Shown piece by piece: positions 27,299 through 40,409 of a stretch of DNA of 64,000 nt (position 1 is its first letter; every line of letters starts with the position of its first letter). Location of the stretch: positions 124,001 to 188,000 of the forward strand of contig JAQGDQ010000397.1 in the NCBI GenBank assembly GCA_030141605.1, read 5' to 3'. The notes below the pieces were generated by a model, which was not told the DNA's origin, ran no database searches, and was given only the letters and a program-made list of their open reading frames with translations. The stretch comes from Tubiluchus corallicola. Taxonomy: Eukaryota; Animalia; Priapulida. The position numbers were made by a program, and so were the translations under genes.

Positions 27299-28582
27299 AT
27301 GAAATTTTGTCACCGTATTATTGTGAAACTATGCTTTTTATCAGTGTTGCTTTTGACTGTTTACAGATTAAAAAGCAGAATAGAGGAACTCGAAAAACAT
27401 AAAAAGAAAACGTTTTACTGTATCACAGGTAATAAGAAGACGAATTGTACTGTGTCAGCAACCATTGTCGGAAAGCTTGGTGAAACAACCCCGGATTGGT
27501 CACCAACTTGGCAAAATACTTTGAAAGTTATACTATACTGGAACAAACTGAATAACTACGACGACTTTAGATGGGGTTTTGGAAGGCAGCCGTTCTTAGA
27601 GAATTGTGCGTTTGAAAATTCTTTTTGTGTGACAACATTAAACCGTTCGATGCTTGCTTTCAGTGATGCTGTGGTTCTTTATGGGCGTTCAAAATATAGC
27701 ACAATTCCGAAATTAAAACCTGCAGGGCAAAAGTGGGTTTTCTTTCTAGCTGAACCACCAAGTTCGACGACAAAAAATCTATCTGACCTAAATGACGTAT
27801 TCCACTGGACAATGACGTATCGTCTAGATTCTGATATTGTGACAAAATATGGTGACATCGTTAAACGTGGCCTAGAGGAAAAATACGTGTTAGGACAACA
27901 TCGTAGGTTCAGGAAGAAGAAAGCTGTGGCTTGGTTTGTAAGCCATTGCGAAACGGCTAGTCTACGTGAATTTTATGTTTACCAACTGAGGAAATTTATT
28001 AGCATAGACATATATGGTCATTGTGCCAATAGACTTAGATATAGAAACAGAAAAATGGGTTATGAATATCTTGAGCAGAATTATAAATTTTATCTCTCAT
28101 TTGAGAACTCTATCTGTAAAGATTATATTACTGAAAAGGTTTATGCGGTATTGATGTATGATGTGGTTCCAATTGTTATGGGCGGTGCAAATTATTCTTA
28201 TTTTCTGCCGCCACATTCGTACATAAATGTGGATGACTTTGAATCACCTAAACATCTTGCAATTTTTTTAAAAGGAATGACTTCTGAAGAATATGATGAA
28301 TATTTTAAATGGAAAGTAAAATATAAGTCGATTTTGATTTTTCCAACCAATGCAAACTTGCAATACGGTATAGGTGGTACTTCTCAATACTGGTGTGAAC
28401 TGTGTAAAAAGCTTCACGAAGAAAATAGCAACGCCACGCTGCGTATTACAGATAGACTATTTTCTTGTCTTAGCAACACCAACAGGAGACTAAATGTTTG
28501 GTGGAATGAAAATCAATGTTTTAATGACAAATACACCTTTCACAAAATGTCTCTTACAAGGAAACAACTATATAGAACATGA
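27299..28582 (+). CDS. Alpha-1,3/4-fucosyltransferase (GT10), complete type II membrane protein in a single coding exon, 427 aa
   Basis: N-terminal signal anchor IIVKLCFLSVLLLTVY; SDAVV; QKWVFFLAEPP; FHWTMTYRLDSDI; VAWFVSHC; IDIYGHC; alpha-1,3-FucT motif YKFYLSFENSICKDYITEK..VVPIVMGG..PPHSYINVDDF..Y..YFKW; WCELCKKL. Confidence 0.96.
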   Translation: MKFCHRIIVKLCFLSVLLLTVYRLKSRIEELEKHKKKTFYCITGNKKTNCTVSATIVGKLGETTPDWSPTWQNTLKVILYWNKLNNYDDFRWGFGRQPFLENCAFENSFCVTTLNRSMLAFSDAVVLYGRSKYSTIPKLKPAGQKWVFFLAEPPSSTTKNLSDLNDVFHWTMTYRLDSDIVTKYGDIVKRGLEEKYVLGQHRRFRKKKAVAWFVSHCETASLREFYVYQLRKFISIDIYGHCANRLRYRNRKMGYEYLEQNYKFYLSFENSICKDYITEKVYAVLMYDVVPIVMGGANYSYFLPPHSYINVDDFESPKHLAIFLKGMTSEEYDEYFKWKVKYKSILIFPTNANLQYGIGGTSQYWCELCKKLHEENSNATLRITDRLFSCLSNTNRRLNVWWNENQCFNDKYTFHKMSLTRKQLYRT

Positions 28583-29943
28583 CTGTAACATCCTGTGACA
28601 ATAAAACACGTTTGCAAATTATTTTTGCTTTTATATATAAGTGTCGGGATTATTATTTCAATTTACAGAGCGAACATTGTACAGGACATTATAAAAAACA
28701 GTCTTTCAACAAACAACATTAACAAAATAGTAGTTTTACCAAGGCGAGGTCTTCTCCAGTACTTGGGTAGGACCGGTCCTTCCTCACGCACGTTGTAGTA
28801 ATGCAGCAGAATTCGGTCTGCAATGGAAGTTGGCTAAGTTAGCGTCTCTCTCAGTCTACTTCGTGAGCAGCAGGTAGCCTTTTCCAGGAAGTATCCACAG
28901 CTTTCCATCCAACTGGCAGGACACGTAGTAGAGTCTCTGGAGATCGGATAATGAGAAGATCATCTCCTCCGAGTTCCACGCAGAACGGAAGCGATTTAGA
29001 CCATCGAACGTGAAGTCAAAGGTGACAGTATCTTCATCCAACGTAAAGGTAATTAGGCTATGTAATGAATGCCTAATTTAACAAATGTCTCTTAGCAATT
29101 GTGTAACTGACGAGGTTTCACCAGCAGAAGAAGAACATAATAATGAACAAACCATCCATTTCTCGTTCAATCATCGTATGAAAGAAACCATGATATAGTT
29201 ATATCTGACCATTTCTCAACACGGTCACTTTACACTCTCCGCCACGTAGGCCAATACGTCTAATATCTAAGCCTCGAAAGCTAGCCGACCAATCAGAAAC
29301 GAGTTCTGGGTGAAGTGACCTCAGTAGTACAGTGACGAAGCTTTCACATTTGTTCAAACACGGGCATAATATTATCATGGAAAAAATTGTTGCTAAACGT
29401 ATTTTCGCTTAAAAAATACAAGTCATGTTGAAACGAAACGAATTTCATCTTCTTCTGCCTAATTACATATTTAAGGTAGCTTAACAGAAAAATGGCTTCA
29501 TTTAATGGATAACTTCGTCAAAAATAATGCTACTTTTGACTAAAGATGGCAGCACAAGATTGGAACATTAAATCAATACATCAATATTATCAATCATTAG
29601 GTAAATAACTCGTGATACCGTTTAGGTTAATACTTAAAGTGAAAAATAATTAGTTGCAGTAATCTGCTAGTTGGGGGACCATCACAATGACTTAGCTTGA
29701 AATATATTTCGAGCAACAGTCATGTTAGCTCATAACATAATAGACAATTAAATGTGTGATTTGCACTCCAACATATATTTTTTGTCATTCTCGGAGTCCT
29801 CCAAACTGTTAGCTGCATGCCTATAGTTAAAATTGCAAATGGTCTGTATTATTAATAGCACTGGCCATGAGCTATATTTATTATGTTATTATATTTCCAC
29901 AAAAAGCAAAACGAAATAAGTTACAGCTGCGATATCGTAAACC

Positions 29944-30045
29944 GGCCAAATTTATGAGGTGTTTGATACAGTGCGCACTTGACCAGACCCACAGCGTCAT
30001 TGACAAGGCGGCCCAAATATAGGAGGGGTTTGATACAGTGCGCAC
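29944..30045. repeat. Short direct duplication (two copies of ..gagg(t/g)gtttgatacagtgcgcac, spacing about 67 bp)
   Basis: Directly visible. Confidence 0.7.
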
Positions 30046-31704
30046 GAGCTACTGCAACAAACTAGAATTAGATATTATCGACTGAAATGGATCTATAAAG
30101 CGAATATCTGTCCAGATTCGTTTTCAAATTACAAGGTAAGAAAAAAATATATAACTGTGCTAAAATGGCTAAAAGTAATGTTTATTCTAATGCTAGCAGT
30201 TTTTTAGCATAACACAAATAAACGGATACTAATTTTAGCTAAACAGACTTTGAGTTCTCCATTCAATGTCAGATGAATTATCATTCAAAATAATTTCATT
30301 GTCATCAGTGTCAAATGTAAGAACATGCATTCAATCGCTAATAAGGTTTTCAGAAAGCATATTATGCAACTAAAACATCAAATCTGCTTAAAAAACTGTT
30401 CAACGCTAGCTGCCATGGTTGCTCTTACTTTCTGTGAATGCACGCCCAGGTGCAAGAAAAATTGCTTAGGCATGTTAATAATAGCCTCAGCTAAATAGTG
30501 TCATTGATGCAAATCTTTTATCCTTTGGTTATGCAAAAAAAATATACAAACACTGAAAATGAAGAAAGCAACAGAACTTATTTCATTATATGATTTAGTT
30601 GGATATTTATCGTTACTTTTCCATATTTCATTGAAATTGAAGGCATGAAAGTTTAGCTCATAAGGTTTCGTTCTTACCCGTGAGATGGGCCACTTTACTG
30701 TCATGAGTGACTAAATACTAGCTGCTCACATAGAGTCAGTTATTGCAAAATGCAAAAAGTCAATTTGGAAAAAATGTAGAACATATGTACACAGCTGTTA
30801 AAAATTATTATTTTTGGGGTGCTAAAATAAACTTAATTTTTCAAATTTTTGCTTATCGAAGTAAACGAATAATTACAGTACTCCACAAATGCCTATTTCA
30901 ATCTTTCAGGAACAAACAGTTTTTGTATTTTTAGCCCTGTCATTTTTGTAAGAGCAAAATCTTCATAGAGTATTCTTTTACAAGCTCCACAATAGTGCAT
31001 ACGTTCAGTAAGAAAAACAATGAATCCATTTAATTTATTTTAATCTATCGTTGTTTCTAACTCTTATCTTGGCATCTTTTTCCAGGTTTGACGTATTTGC
31101 ACAAGTGTGAATTTGTCGAAATACATTTCATTACTTCACAAACATGCAGGAAACTATTCGTTCATGTTTAGTATTTCACAACAAACCGTGACATAATTTA
31201 CCGTGCCTCTAAAGAGTTATTGTGTCAAACATTTGCAATAGCATTTGTTCAAACAATTAGGATTGTTACACACGAATCTATGTTTACACATTGGATTTGA
31301 GCTATTTCGCACAGATGTTAAAATCTTTCATGTTATTTTCAGTCTTTTAATAAACTTTTCCGCATTTTTCAAAATTTATTTTCTAGCTCTTGTTCTGGCA
31401 CCTCTCGCTGTGTGTTCTCAATGATAAGACATGATAATGATTTGACATGATAAGCATTCTTTTGGCAAAGGAGATTAAATTTTGGTAATTTCAGTTAATA
31501 ATCAGTTAGTGCCTAGTGGCACAGCTCATTTGAAGCATGTTGTTCATAGGAATAGCTATAACTTTCAATACTTCACATCATAAACATGATCCTGCTTGGG
31601 TCATTTGTGATTACAATCCGGTACTTTCAACTCAATTGAAGTATTTTGCCATTCTGTCAATGGCGCCCCAGGGTGGTGATTTAATTTAAAAAATCTTTAT
31701 ATTC

Positions 31705-32200
31705 TGTAGACATTCTTGTCTGCATTTGCTTTTCATCTCTTCTTGACATTCACTGGGGTTCTCGAGGTTAGCTAAACAAAAAGCTTCTGCAGACTATTGA
31801 CATTCTTGTCTCTCTACTTGCTAGGCGTCTCTTCTCAACTCTTTCCCTGTGTGTTCCAGGGACGCGGTTAAACTGAACAAAAAACTTCTGCAGACTATTG
31901 ATATTCTTGTCTATATTTGCTAAGCATCTTTTCTTAACTCTTTCACGAGGAGTTCCAGGGAGGCAGCTTAACCAAACAAAAAATCTTCTGCAGTCTATTG
32001 ATAATATTCTCGGTCTTTCAGCTCATTCTTTCCAGTATTTAAACAGTAAACAGGGTGACTAGTTTACTTAAGAATTCTGAAATCTGGTAAATTACTTTTT
32101 CACAGTTTAACACAAAGAAGTAAAACTATTCATCCATATTTCAAATCAAATATAGACGTATTAAATTTGAAAGTGCTTTTGTTGGGCGTGATTTTGAAAA
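31705..32200 (+). repeat. Diverged copy of the 100-bp tandem-repeat family (about 3 units plus shared downstream flank)
   Basis: The units 'cattcttgtc..tttgct..aactc..gttccagg..gcttaaccaaacaaaaa..ttctgcagactattga' and the flank 'cattctttccagtatttaaacag..ctagtttacttaagaattctgaaat' match 51285-51870. Confidence 0.85.
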
Positions 32201-33699
32201 ATATTTTTGCAAACTCGTTATACATATAATATATATATAGCTTTAAAAACACGTAACATCACAATTTTATACGAAATAAACTCATCATAAAATTTGTAAT
32301 AATTATTATCATTTCCACCAGCAGAACAACAGCCTATAAAAATCTCACCGCACTACACCTCACTGCATGTTAAATCACATTTACGAAATTCTTACGACTG
32401 ATGTTGTTGGCTTTTTCAGGCAATGCTCTTCAAAGTCATCAATATTGCAATTTAGTGAAATTAATCAAATATTTTTTAACTTCTTTACTGTCAAGTAAAG
32501 TGTATCGCTTCTTTACTATTAATTTGCCTAGTTAAACTACAGACCCATTTATTTAGTTCCTTATTTATATTCTACATTAATAATAAATTTTGAGTCACCT
32601 GAGTCATTGATAAAGGCTAGTGATAAATAAGATTCTCAAACTTCTTTGACACGTATATTTGGCCAGTTGGTTGAGTAACACAAAAGTAACACATCGTAAG
32701 TTGGCAACTTGTAATTTGCCCAAGAATCAAAGTGCTAATTAACAACAAAATTGGCACTAATGTTTGGTACTGATGTTGCAAAGTAGGTTTCGTTAGAACC
32801 AGCTTTGGAGCTAAAACAAAAAGAGCTGCCGACAGACAACCAATTTTCCAACAAAAATTATTATAGTTTTTAATTCACCTAAATTGACGCATATGAAAAA
32901 AATCATGTGCTTGCTCTCTTGGAATCCTGGCAATTTTGTTGGATTCTAAATAATTGATTTATGCTACTTTTAAAAGTGCTACACCACACAAATACAACCA
33001 TAATAAGAGCAGTGTAAAGACTTTGCAAGTTAATTTTACAGACTTTTGTTAATTTAAGTGTAGTTATAGTGCTGTAGAATAAATATGTTGTCTCTTTTTA
33101 AACTCGTTACGGTAAATGCATTTCAATGATAATTTTTGATTTTTCTATTTTTCTTCAGCTTTAATAAATGGTGATTTGCAACAAATAAGCGTCTGTTGCC
33201 CACTTACTGGACCTAGTTCTCACTGAACTCAAAGATTTTTTGTCAGCAATGGTCAAATGGAAAACAATTTTTTGTTACCACTGGACACATAATAAAGTGA
33301 TAATCATTTTTCTGAAGATTTTTAGCAATGCCTTTTCAGCATGTGGTAAAACTACTTTTTTGCTATCAAAACAATATTGTGAGCATTAAATAAACATATT
33401 AGTGAATTCATTCAGTTTATTTTTATCTTTTGTTTTTCTTGCGCCTAGTTTGTTTTCTCAACCATCTTCCTGATGTCTCTTCCCAGTTGTGTCAGCCTCG
33501 GGTGTGAAGTATTTGCAAAAGTAACTTTAAATTTGAGAAATAATGAAATATGCGTGGAAAACTCTTTATTTTAATTAGATAAACCAAAAATAAACGTTGC
33601 AATATCATTCACTAGACTCTAAAGGGTTATTGTGTTCAACATTTGCAATAACATTAAATTTTGTTCAAATGTCAATAGCTGTCAATCACGAATTGAATT

Positions 33700-34030
33700 G
33701 GCTGGGTGCGATTCGTAGAAAAATATTGATCATTTTCAATTATTGATCACGAATCAGAATTTACAAATCGTATTTGCGAAATTCATTTCACACAAAGTTT
33801 CATGCTCATAAGAAAGCGTTAGTGTGGCTTTTTTACTCAAATAGTGGCTGAGATTCCTGGATATTATTGATTTTGTGATAACGTGATAAAGAAACGAGTG
33901 ACTGTTTCAGTCAATTTAGTTTGCTCAATGCAAAATGTGATATCTTTATGCAAACTTACCAGCACAGTAAAAAACGTTGGGTGAAATTTTTGACACTGCT
34001 GTGATGGAGAAGATAATCCACCAATGTAAT
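33700..34030 (+). repeat. Continuation of the same old repeat (matches 51850-52180)
   Basis: 'tttacaaatcgtatttgcgaaattca..cataagaaa..gattcctgg..tgtgataac..gtttgctcaatgcaaaatg' is shared with 51910-52090. Confidence 0.75.
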
Positions 34031-34589
34031 TCTCAAGGAAAGCTCACTGCTATACACAAAGAGTTTAGAGGTGTTTATAATTGTGATTATAACTTATTGT
34101 CATGTCTTTGAAATAATTCTTTTGGACGCGACGCGGACACAAGAAACTAGCAAAATTACGTAAAGAAATTCAACAATTATAGATTTTTGCCTAAATATTT
34201 GAGGGGCGAGAATTCCAATAAAGTGGCTTTTTGATCACTTTTGCAATTCTCAAACTGATTTGCTTGTCCAGTGAGGTTTCATCTCCTACGTAGTTCTGTG
34301 CGTGAGTAATGTTTATGTTATGCACGTCCTGTACCACATCAGTTTTGCTTAGCAGAGTAATTTAGAGTAAGTTTTGCTATCTAGTATGAACACGCTTACG
34401 AGTTACTTAGAGAGTTAACATTAACGAGAGAACACAGCCTAATTTGAATGTGCCATTATCTAAAGTACTAAACTAAATTGGCGGTTGGTGTTCATCTCTG
34501 ACTTGCTGCTGAGTCAGGTTGATCACTATCGATATCTCAGAAGGATGAGGGCTTTAGAGTTTGTATATAGGAACATTTTTTGTAAACCT

Positions 34590-34730
34590 GTTTTTACATG
34601 ATAAACTCGGACATCGCGCCGCTTGCCTTTTGATCCTATGCATACATTGTAGTTCCAGTCTGACAGGTTGTCCACTACTGGAATGGGACCACGCCAACAT
34701 GGGCTCATCTTTTTGCCCCATCTTTTGTAC
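34590..34730 (-). mobile_element. Gypsy-type integrase C-terminal remnant
   Basis: GKKMSPCWRGPIPVVDNLSDWNYNV..RVYHV matches the 'K..P.W.GP..V...LS..NY.....V.HV' pattern. Confidence 0.5.
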
Positions 34731-36185
34731 TGAATTGTTTTTAAAGTTTGCAGTAATTTTGATTCTATTATATTAATTTTTTTGTAGAATGAAGAATTTG
34801 TAATATTTACCAAAGACATTGTTGATGAAATGATCATTAAAAACCTATAAGGAAAGCTGAAGTACAATGGTAAAGATGCACATATTTTGGCCAAGCCTGA
34901 AAGTGACACTACATTTTGCTGATAACATACGAACAAATATCAGTTTGTAAATTAACTCTAGAATCTAGAAAAAATTCTTTGAGCCTGCTACAAATTCAAC
35001 ATATCTGGAAAATGAACTCCTGATTGATTGATGTGATTGATTGATTGAATAACTGTATTACATGTAATATTAAGTTTGTGATATATATGTAAGTTTTTTG
35101 TGCTTGAACCATTATACTAACGTTTGGTTTCTTTGTTTAGATGTATAATGTTTTTTAGTAATTTTCCTACGTCTTTTGTATTTTGCTTTGCTCAATGGTT
35201 CAATAAATAAATAAATATATGTATATATAAATGAATATAACCAGCAGTAGCTTTTACTAATGTAAAATTAGTACAGAGTAGAATAGAATGACGTCACACC
35301 AATGACTTGTGCCAGCAGTTCTCAATGGAAGAATCTCCCGAAATATAACATCAACTCCTCACAGCTCCTCGTGGTGGAGGCCTCCAGAAATTACAATTTC
35401 AATACATAATTTCTGAGAAAGTTATTCCTTATAACTAGGCCAAACTTTTTACTGGGTTAACCTAACAGAGAAAGCACTACCCCTTCATTACACCGGAGAA
35501 ATAAATAAATTCTATGTAACATTTGGGTTTGGGGAAAAACCTGTACCGCCTACATTACAGCAAGTCAGGTTTTCCCATCTCTTAATTTCTGCTTTGAATG
35601 TCATACCAGAGTTAATAATTATTAATTTATTTTAACACACATTGAGCATTTAACGGGGCACTAAATTAAGTTTCTATTTACATAAATACTCAGATAAAAT
35701 ACAGACATAATATAGAAGTAATTTCTGGAGTATAATTTTATAAATATTTTGCTGTAGCTAAGATGATTTTTATATATAACCTGTGTTTTTATATTCACCT
35801 CTACCGCACTCACAGTTCTAATTTTTTGCACCAGAAGCTTTTGGCTCTTAGCAGTGGGTCCCAGGCAATAATTGAATGATATTTCACCTTGTATAATGTA
35901 TACTATCATATTTTTATGGCAAATAAACATAGTACTTCATACAGTTATTTACAAGAGGCAAATACTTTATTTGCTACTCTGAAATGTATTTCCATAACAA
36001 TTATCTTTTCTGCCAAGCCTAAGCACTCGTAGTCTAGGATTAATTAGTTGATTAACTGCAACCAGTACTATCATTGTATAAAGTGTTTGTATTTGCATTT
36101 TTCTCGCACATTTGCTGCAAGATGAAAGGCCATTTTGACCGCGTTGTAACGGACTTGATACCACATGACTCGCCCATTAGTGCCA

Positions 36186-37530
36186 TTAACACTTTTAGTC
36201 CCAAATTATTTTTTAATAAGAAAAAAAATTAGGCTTAGTACATCGGCTGCTAAACATGGTAAAAAGCAAATGCTGTATATTTAATAAAAATCTGAAGTTT
36301 ATTCATTACATTTGATAACGTCCTGGAATTCTGACTTATTTGAAATCTCAACATGGAATTTACATGTTGAATCTCAAAGAAACAATTGCGATCATCTTGC
36401 ATTTTATACATTTTGTTTGGCTTGCACTTGCATATGTGCCTTAATTGTTTATTTTTGGAAAGTGTCCAACCCGATATTTCTAGCTTTCTAGGTTTGTACA
36501 TTGTGTTTGGATGTTGTAGTGCTTAGGTTGCACATTATCCTCGTCTGACTCTTCAGCAGATGGTGGGAGGCCTCGTTTACGGCTCACTTTCGATCTTTTT
36601 GTCTTCTGATAGTAAAGAAGTACTCAATTCTGAAGCAAATTCCATGAGATCCATTTGTGATTTTTTTGGGAGCATCAGATGTGTACAGTGACGACGGTAT
36701 TGTAGCCAACCATTTACAACTGCAACTCTAAGGCACGAAAGGAATACTCTTCTGTACCACTTTGTATTTTTATGATCAACTCTGTAGAAACTCATCAACA
36801 TTTCAGACAGATCTGCTGCCCCCATGTGCATGTTGTACTCTGTTAGTCTAACCTTGTTCAACAGTTCAACAATTCATGTTGTTCAACAGTAGTCTAACCT
36901 TGAACAATCTGTTGTACGCGGGATCAATTTCAAAAATCAAAAATCAATTTCTGCTCATATGATCTGCAATGGCAGACACTCGAAATTTTTTTTGACCAAT
37001 ACTCTATATTGAGGCACACCCGTCAAACCCATTCTGATGAGAATTCCTAAATAAATTTCGATTTCTTCAGTTGAGGTCACAAAGTTGCCTCCATCTTCCG
37101 CTGCATACAAATTTGTCTGCTCCACTATAAGGTCTATCAATTCAACTGGTCAAAATTGATTAAAATACCAAGAAGCTGGTTGGATGCTGTCTCTGTAGTC
37201 CTCCACCTCCCCCGAGAATTCTATGGCAGTAGGCTGTGCATTCTTTTTGTGTGTGTTCCATTTAAAACCAGAGCCTTTGTTCTGCACAGCAGTTGATGTT
37301 GTTGGCTGATTACTGTCGATTTCTGAGTCACTAACTTCTGAGCATGAAGACTCTGAGTAATCACCTTCTCCATCATCATCATCAGATTCATTCTCAGGCT
37401 CAGACACGTCAGCATCCAGTAACAAAATTAATTCTCTTCTGCCATGTCTTACAACAACATCCGAGTCCATACATCCACTGGCTTTTCATAAAATTTTGAT
37501 GTTGAAATGGAATCCATTTTGTTACCTAAC
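36186..37530 (-). mobile_element. piggyBac-family transposase remnant, internally deleted
   Basis: Acidic N-terminus (DADVSEPENESDDDD); YFNQF..LIVEQTNLYA..TEEIEIYLGILIRMGL; after a gap YNMHMGAADLSEMLMSFYR..KWYRRVF..AVVNGWLQYR; Cys-rich tail CKCK..RNCF; TTAA followed by CACTTT at 36186 as a possible terminus. Most of the DDD core is missing. Confidence 0.88.
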
Positions 37531-38437
37531 ACAAAAATCCCATATTATTGCAGTGAACAGTGCAAAGTAAAGTGAAGCAGAAACATAAAAATATAATTAA
37601 GAAAGTTTGTACTCACTATTGGATAAAATACGCTATCATGCCTTCTTTATGTCACTGAAATTGCCACTTAGAATTTACTGTGTAGCTGATCTTGATAGTG
37701 TCTTCAACCAGATTGTTAATTTCTACATTCTAATTTATAGTGAACCAGTATATTGAATAAATTGGAAAGGGACTCAAGGGTGGAAAGGGAAGAGAGTGCA
37801 AGGAGCACTAGTACAATTAAATATTGGGCTATTAGAGGTTAGGTAATTGGCGTTGTGTAGTTAGGCCTCGTTAGGCCAGTCCAACAAGTTTCTGTATCAT
37901 GACCACCTCTAATTGAAAATCTTTTCAATTTGTGTCAAACAAAGAAACTATAAGTTTCATAAACTAATCAGGTAAGTAATCAGATTTATGCAATTGATAC
38001 AGTCTTTGTTTATAACCCTCATGAATGAAATCAGCTGCAAGTCTCTGTTTTTCACTTATCACGGCAATATATAATATAACATTATTATCATGTTGTTACA
38101 CTAAAAATGTCACATTTATCTGTAGAAAAGTTGTTTAACCAACCACCATTGCACATGCGCATTAACGTTCCTGTCTGGTGAAAGCAAGGTGTAGAACGAT
38201 TGAATTTAAACTATGTAACTCCAACGTAACTTCGGAATGGAATACTATTCCCGAAAAAATTTGATTTGACAAGCTGATACTGTTCAAGTTTCGAACTCTG
38301 TTTCATCGCAACATTTTCAGAGGTCTAGAGCTACAGTAGGCTGACATACCTACAGCTGCGTTTCTATGCATTTCGTACAAACATACAACTGAATTATGTT
38401 TGGTCTATTTGTGTTTAATCCTACTAAGACGAGTGTC

Positions 38438-38498
38438 ATGGTTTACCGAAATATACAAGCAGTCATCTTCATTTGTTTATTAGCATCAGCATTGTACG
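38438..38498 (+). CDS. POMK: POMK-like kinase exon 1 (signal anchor)
   Basis: MVYRNIQAVIFICLLASALY(G) followed by a strong donor 'cg|gtaagt' (phase 1). An alternative in-frame ATG lies at 38396. Confidence 0.65.
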
Positions 38499-38971
38499 GT
38501 AAGTAACGGACGTGCTAACCTTAAGGGAAATGGGCGAGTGACCGCCGGTTTTAATAAACTTCTCGGACTCTTAGGTCCAGTTTTTTGGGCCTCAGAGATC
38601 TCGTAATATCTAAACTACTTCAATCACCAATGATCAGCCTATCCAACTAATACTCGCTCTAATTTCTGGTTCATTTTCTTAAAACGCGAAGTTACATTTT
38701 ACAAAATTGAAGAAACCAAAAGCCCTATGAGGAGATGCCACCTAAAAGAAAAATTAACTGACGTCTATTGCCCTGCTCCTTTGACCAGTGGTCAGTGGTC
38801 CACCCTGTTGTTTGTAACACTACAAGAAGAGCGATTTTTCTAACCACTAACCTCTAACCACTAAACAAGTTGAAAAACATTAAGTTGAAAACAATTAAGA
38901 AGCTACGTTACAAGTGCTGTTATTTTTTCTCATACGTATTCAAATACTGTTCCATTTGATTACCTTTCTAG

Positions 38972-39011
38972 ATAGAAAACGGTGTAACTTAACACAGCCC
39001 CGTTTTTGCAG
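38972..39011 (+). CDS. POMK: POMK-like kinase exon 2 (40-nt stem exon)
   Basis: Acceptor 'cctttctag|at' and donor 'cag|gttact'. Phase 1 in and phase 2 out bridge exons 1 and 3 exactly (DRKRCNLTQPRFCR). Confidence 0.55.
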
Positions 39012-39084
39012 GTTACTTATCACTACTATCATCATCGTCATCATTGTCATCGTCGCCGTTGCACTCAGTGTTACCATCTTTCAG

Positions 39085-39205
39085 ATGTCCTGTTGGATTT
39101 TTCCGCTTGCAAGGGATGCAAAACTGTTCGAAATGGTTGAACTGTGAGGACTTAACGAAAGGTGTAAAAAAGAAGAAATTTTTTCTCTCTGGTGGCTCAA
39201 AACTG
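39085..39205 (+). CDS. POMK: POMK-like kinase exon 3
   Basis: Acceptor 'ctttcag|a'. CPVGFFRLQGMQNCSKWLNCEDLTKGVKKKKFFLSGGSKL matches the POMK stretch 'CP.G.FR...M.NCS.WL.C..L....' and the Gly-loop Lys. Donor 'ctg|gtattt' (phase 0). Missed by the ORF track. Confidence 0.85.
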
Positions 39206-40149
39206 GTATTTGTTAATTAACTATTTTCTACTAAGGATGTCTTGTGCTTTTCATCACCACGAGTGTCATCTAGCTTAGTAGTTAACAGCTAATTACCTGT
39301 AACTCAATGTAGATTGTGAAAGCTTTCTTCAAGCACAAGAATACTTTTAGCTTAAAAAATTTGTCTTGAAATTTGATACAACTTACATAATGCCTTTTCC
39401 CATATGGTACCTGCATCGGCCCTAATTCTGTATAAAATGTATCAGTTTAAACACCCCTGATGACTGAAACAAGTTTCGATAACACTGAGTAAAGTTTGAA
39501 AAAATAATCAGAGAATTCGTAGCGTGCACTGTCAAGCATGACATTTTGACAATTGGCATGAACATTTTAAATTATTATTATTTCTAGTTACATATGTCTT
39601 TCCAGCAGGTAAGCGAAATGCTAAGTAATATAGTTTTGATTGGAAAGCTTTGGGGACATAATTTAACATCTCCGTTTCTTTCCCCGATTTATGTTTGCGT
39701 AGTGACGTCATGTAATGACGACGTCGGAACAGTATTATGGGAGATTTTAAATGTATCAAGTAAAAAATCTTTTCTACGCGTGTACAATATGTGCATAATA
39801 TTGCTGTGAAGTAGTATAAATTTTAAGGCAATTTTTTGAAACCCACTTTAGGTGCCCTATTCTTGTCCTTTAAAAAAGTCTGACATTTATTTGTGAATTA
39901 GAGGAGCCGAACAACTTCTTAAAATGATTTCGGAGATATAGCTATTAACATGTTCTAATGCTTATATATACTGCTTCCATACTTCCCCCTAAACTTCTAG
40001 ACTGTTAACACAACATCTCGTGAAACGTTTGAGCTGAAAAATAAAGAGATTTTCATGTTGAAAGAGTTTTTAACTTAATTAACTTAAATTTGATTCAGGA
40101 TACGTTACAGTCGATTCACGATTTATTATTCGCTCTTCATTGTTCTATT

Positions 40150-40370
40150 TAAAACACGGCAGCAAGAACGGCTACTGCAGCAGCAAAGCAAAGCAACAGT
40201 ATCGTTAGCAACATCAGTGCCATCATCTTCAGCAGCAGCAACATCAGCGTTATTAGCAATAGAAGTGTCAGCAGAAATTGCAACAACAGCAGCAGCAACA
40301 GCTGCAGCCAGTAGCAACAACAACAACAGCAGTAGCAACAACACTAATGATGACATCACAATCATCACAT
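40150..40370. repeat. CAG/CAA/GCA low-complexity tract (intronic)
   Basis: Degenerate trinucleotide repeat upstream of the acceptor at 40409. Confidence 0.85.
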
Positions 40371-40409
40371 TCGCGTTACTCTTTCATCTGTAAGATTTCC
40401 TTTTTGCAG

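Noticed and set aside
2775-28582. Horizontal transfer of a bacterial polysaccharide operon as the origin of the cluster
   Set aside because: The proteins carry metazoan-type motifs and, where the 5' end is found, signal anchors; most genes have spliceosomal introns; and orientations are mixed. Intron-poor catalytic exons are normal for these families.
28595-28798. Small hydrophobic ORF right after the FucT stop, like an operon partner
   Set aside because: It has a GTG start, overlaps an AATAAA in the presumed 3'UTR, and shows no recognisable motif.
40278-40409. PolyQ/polyT N-terminus of the 296-aa kinase ORF
   Set aside because: It starts at a TTG in an intronic CAG/CAA tract. The real N-terminus is supplied by upstream exons through the acceptor at 40409.
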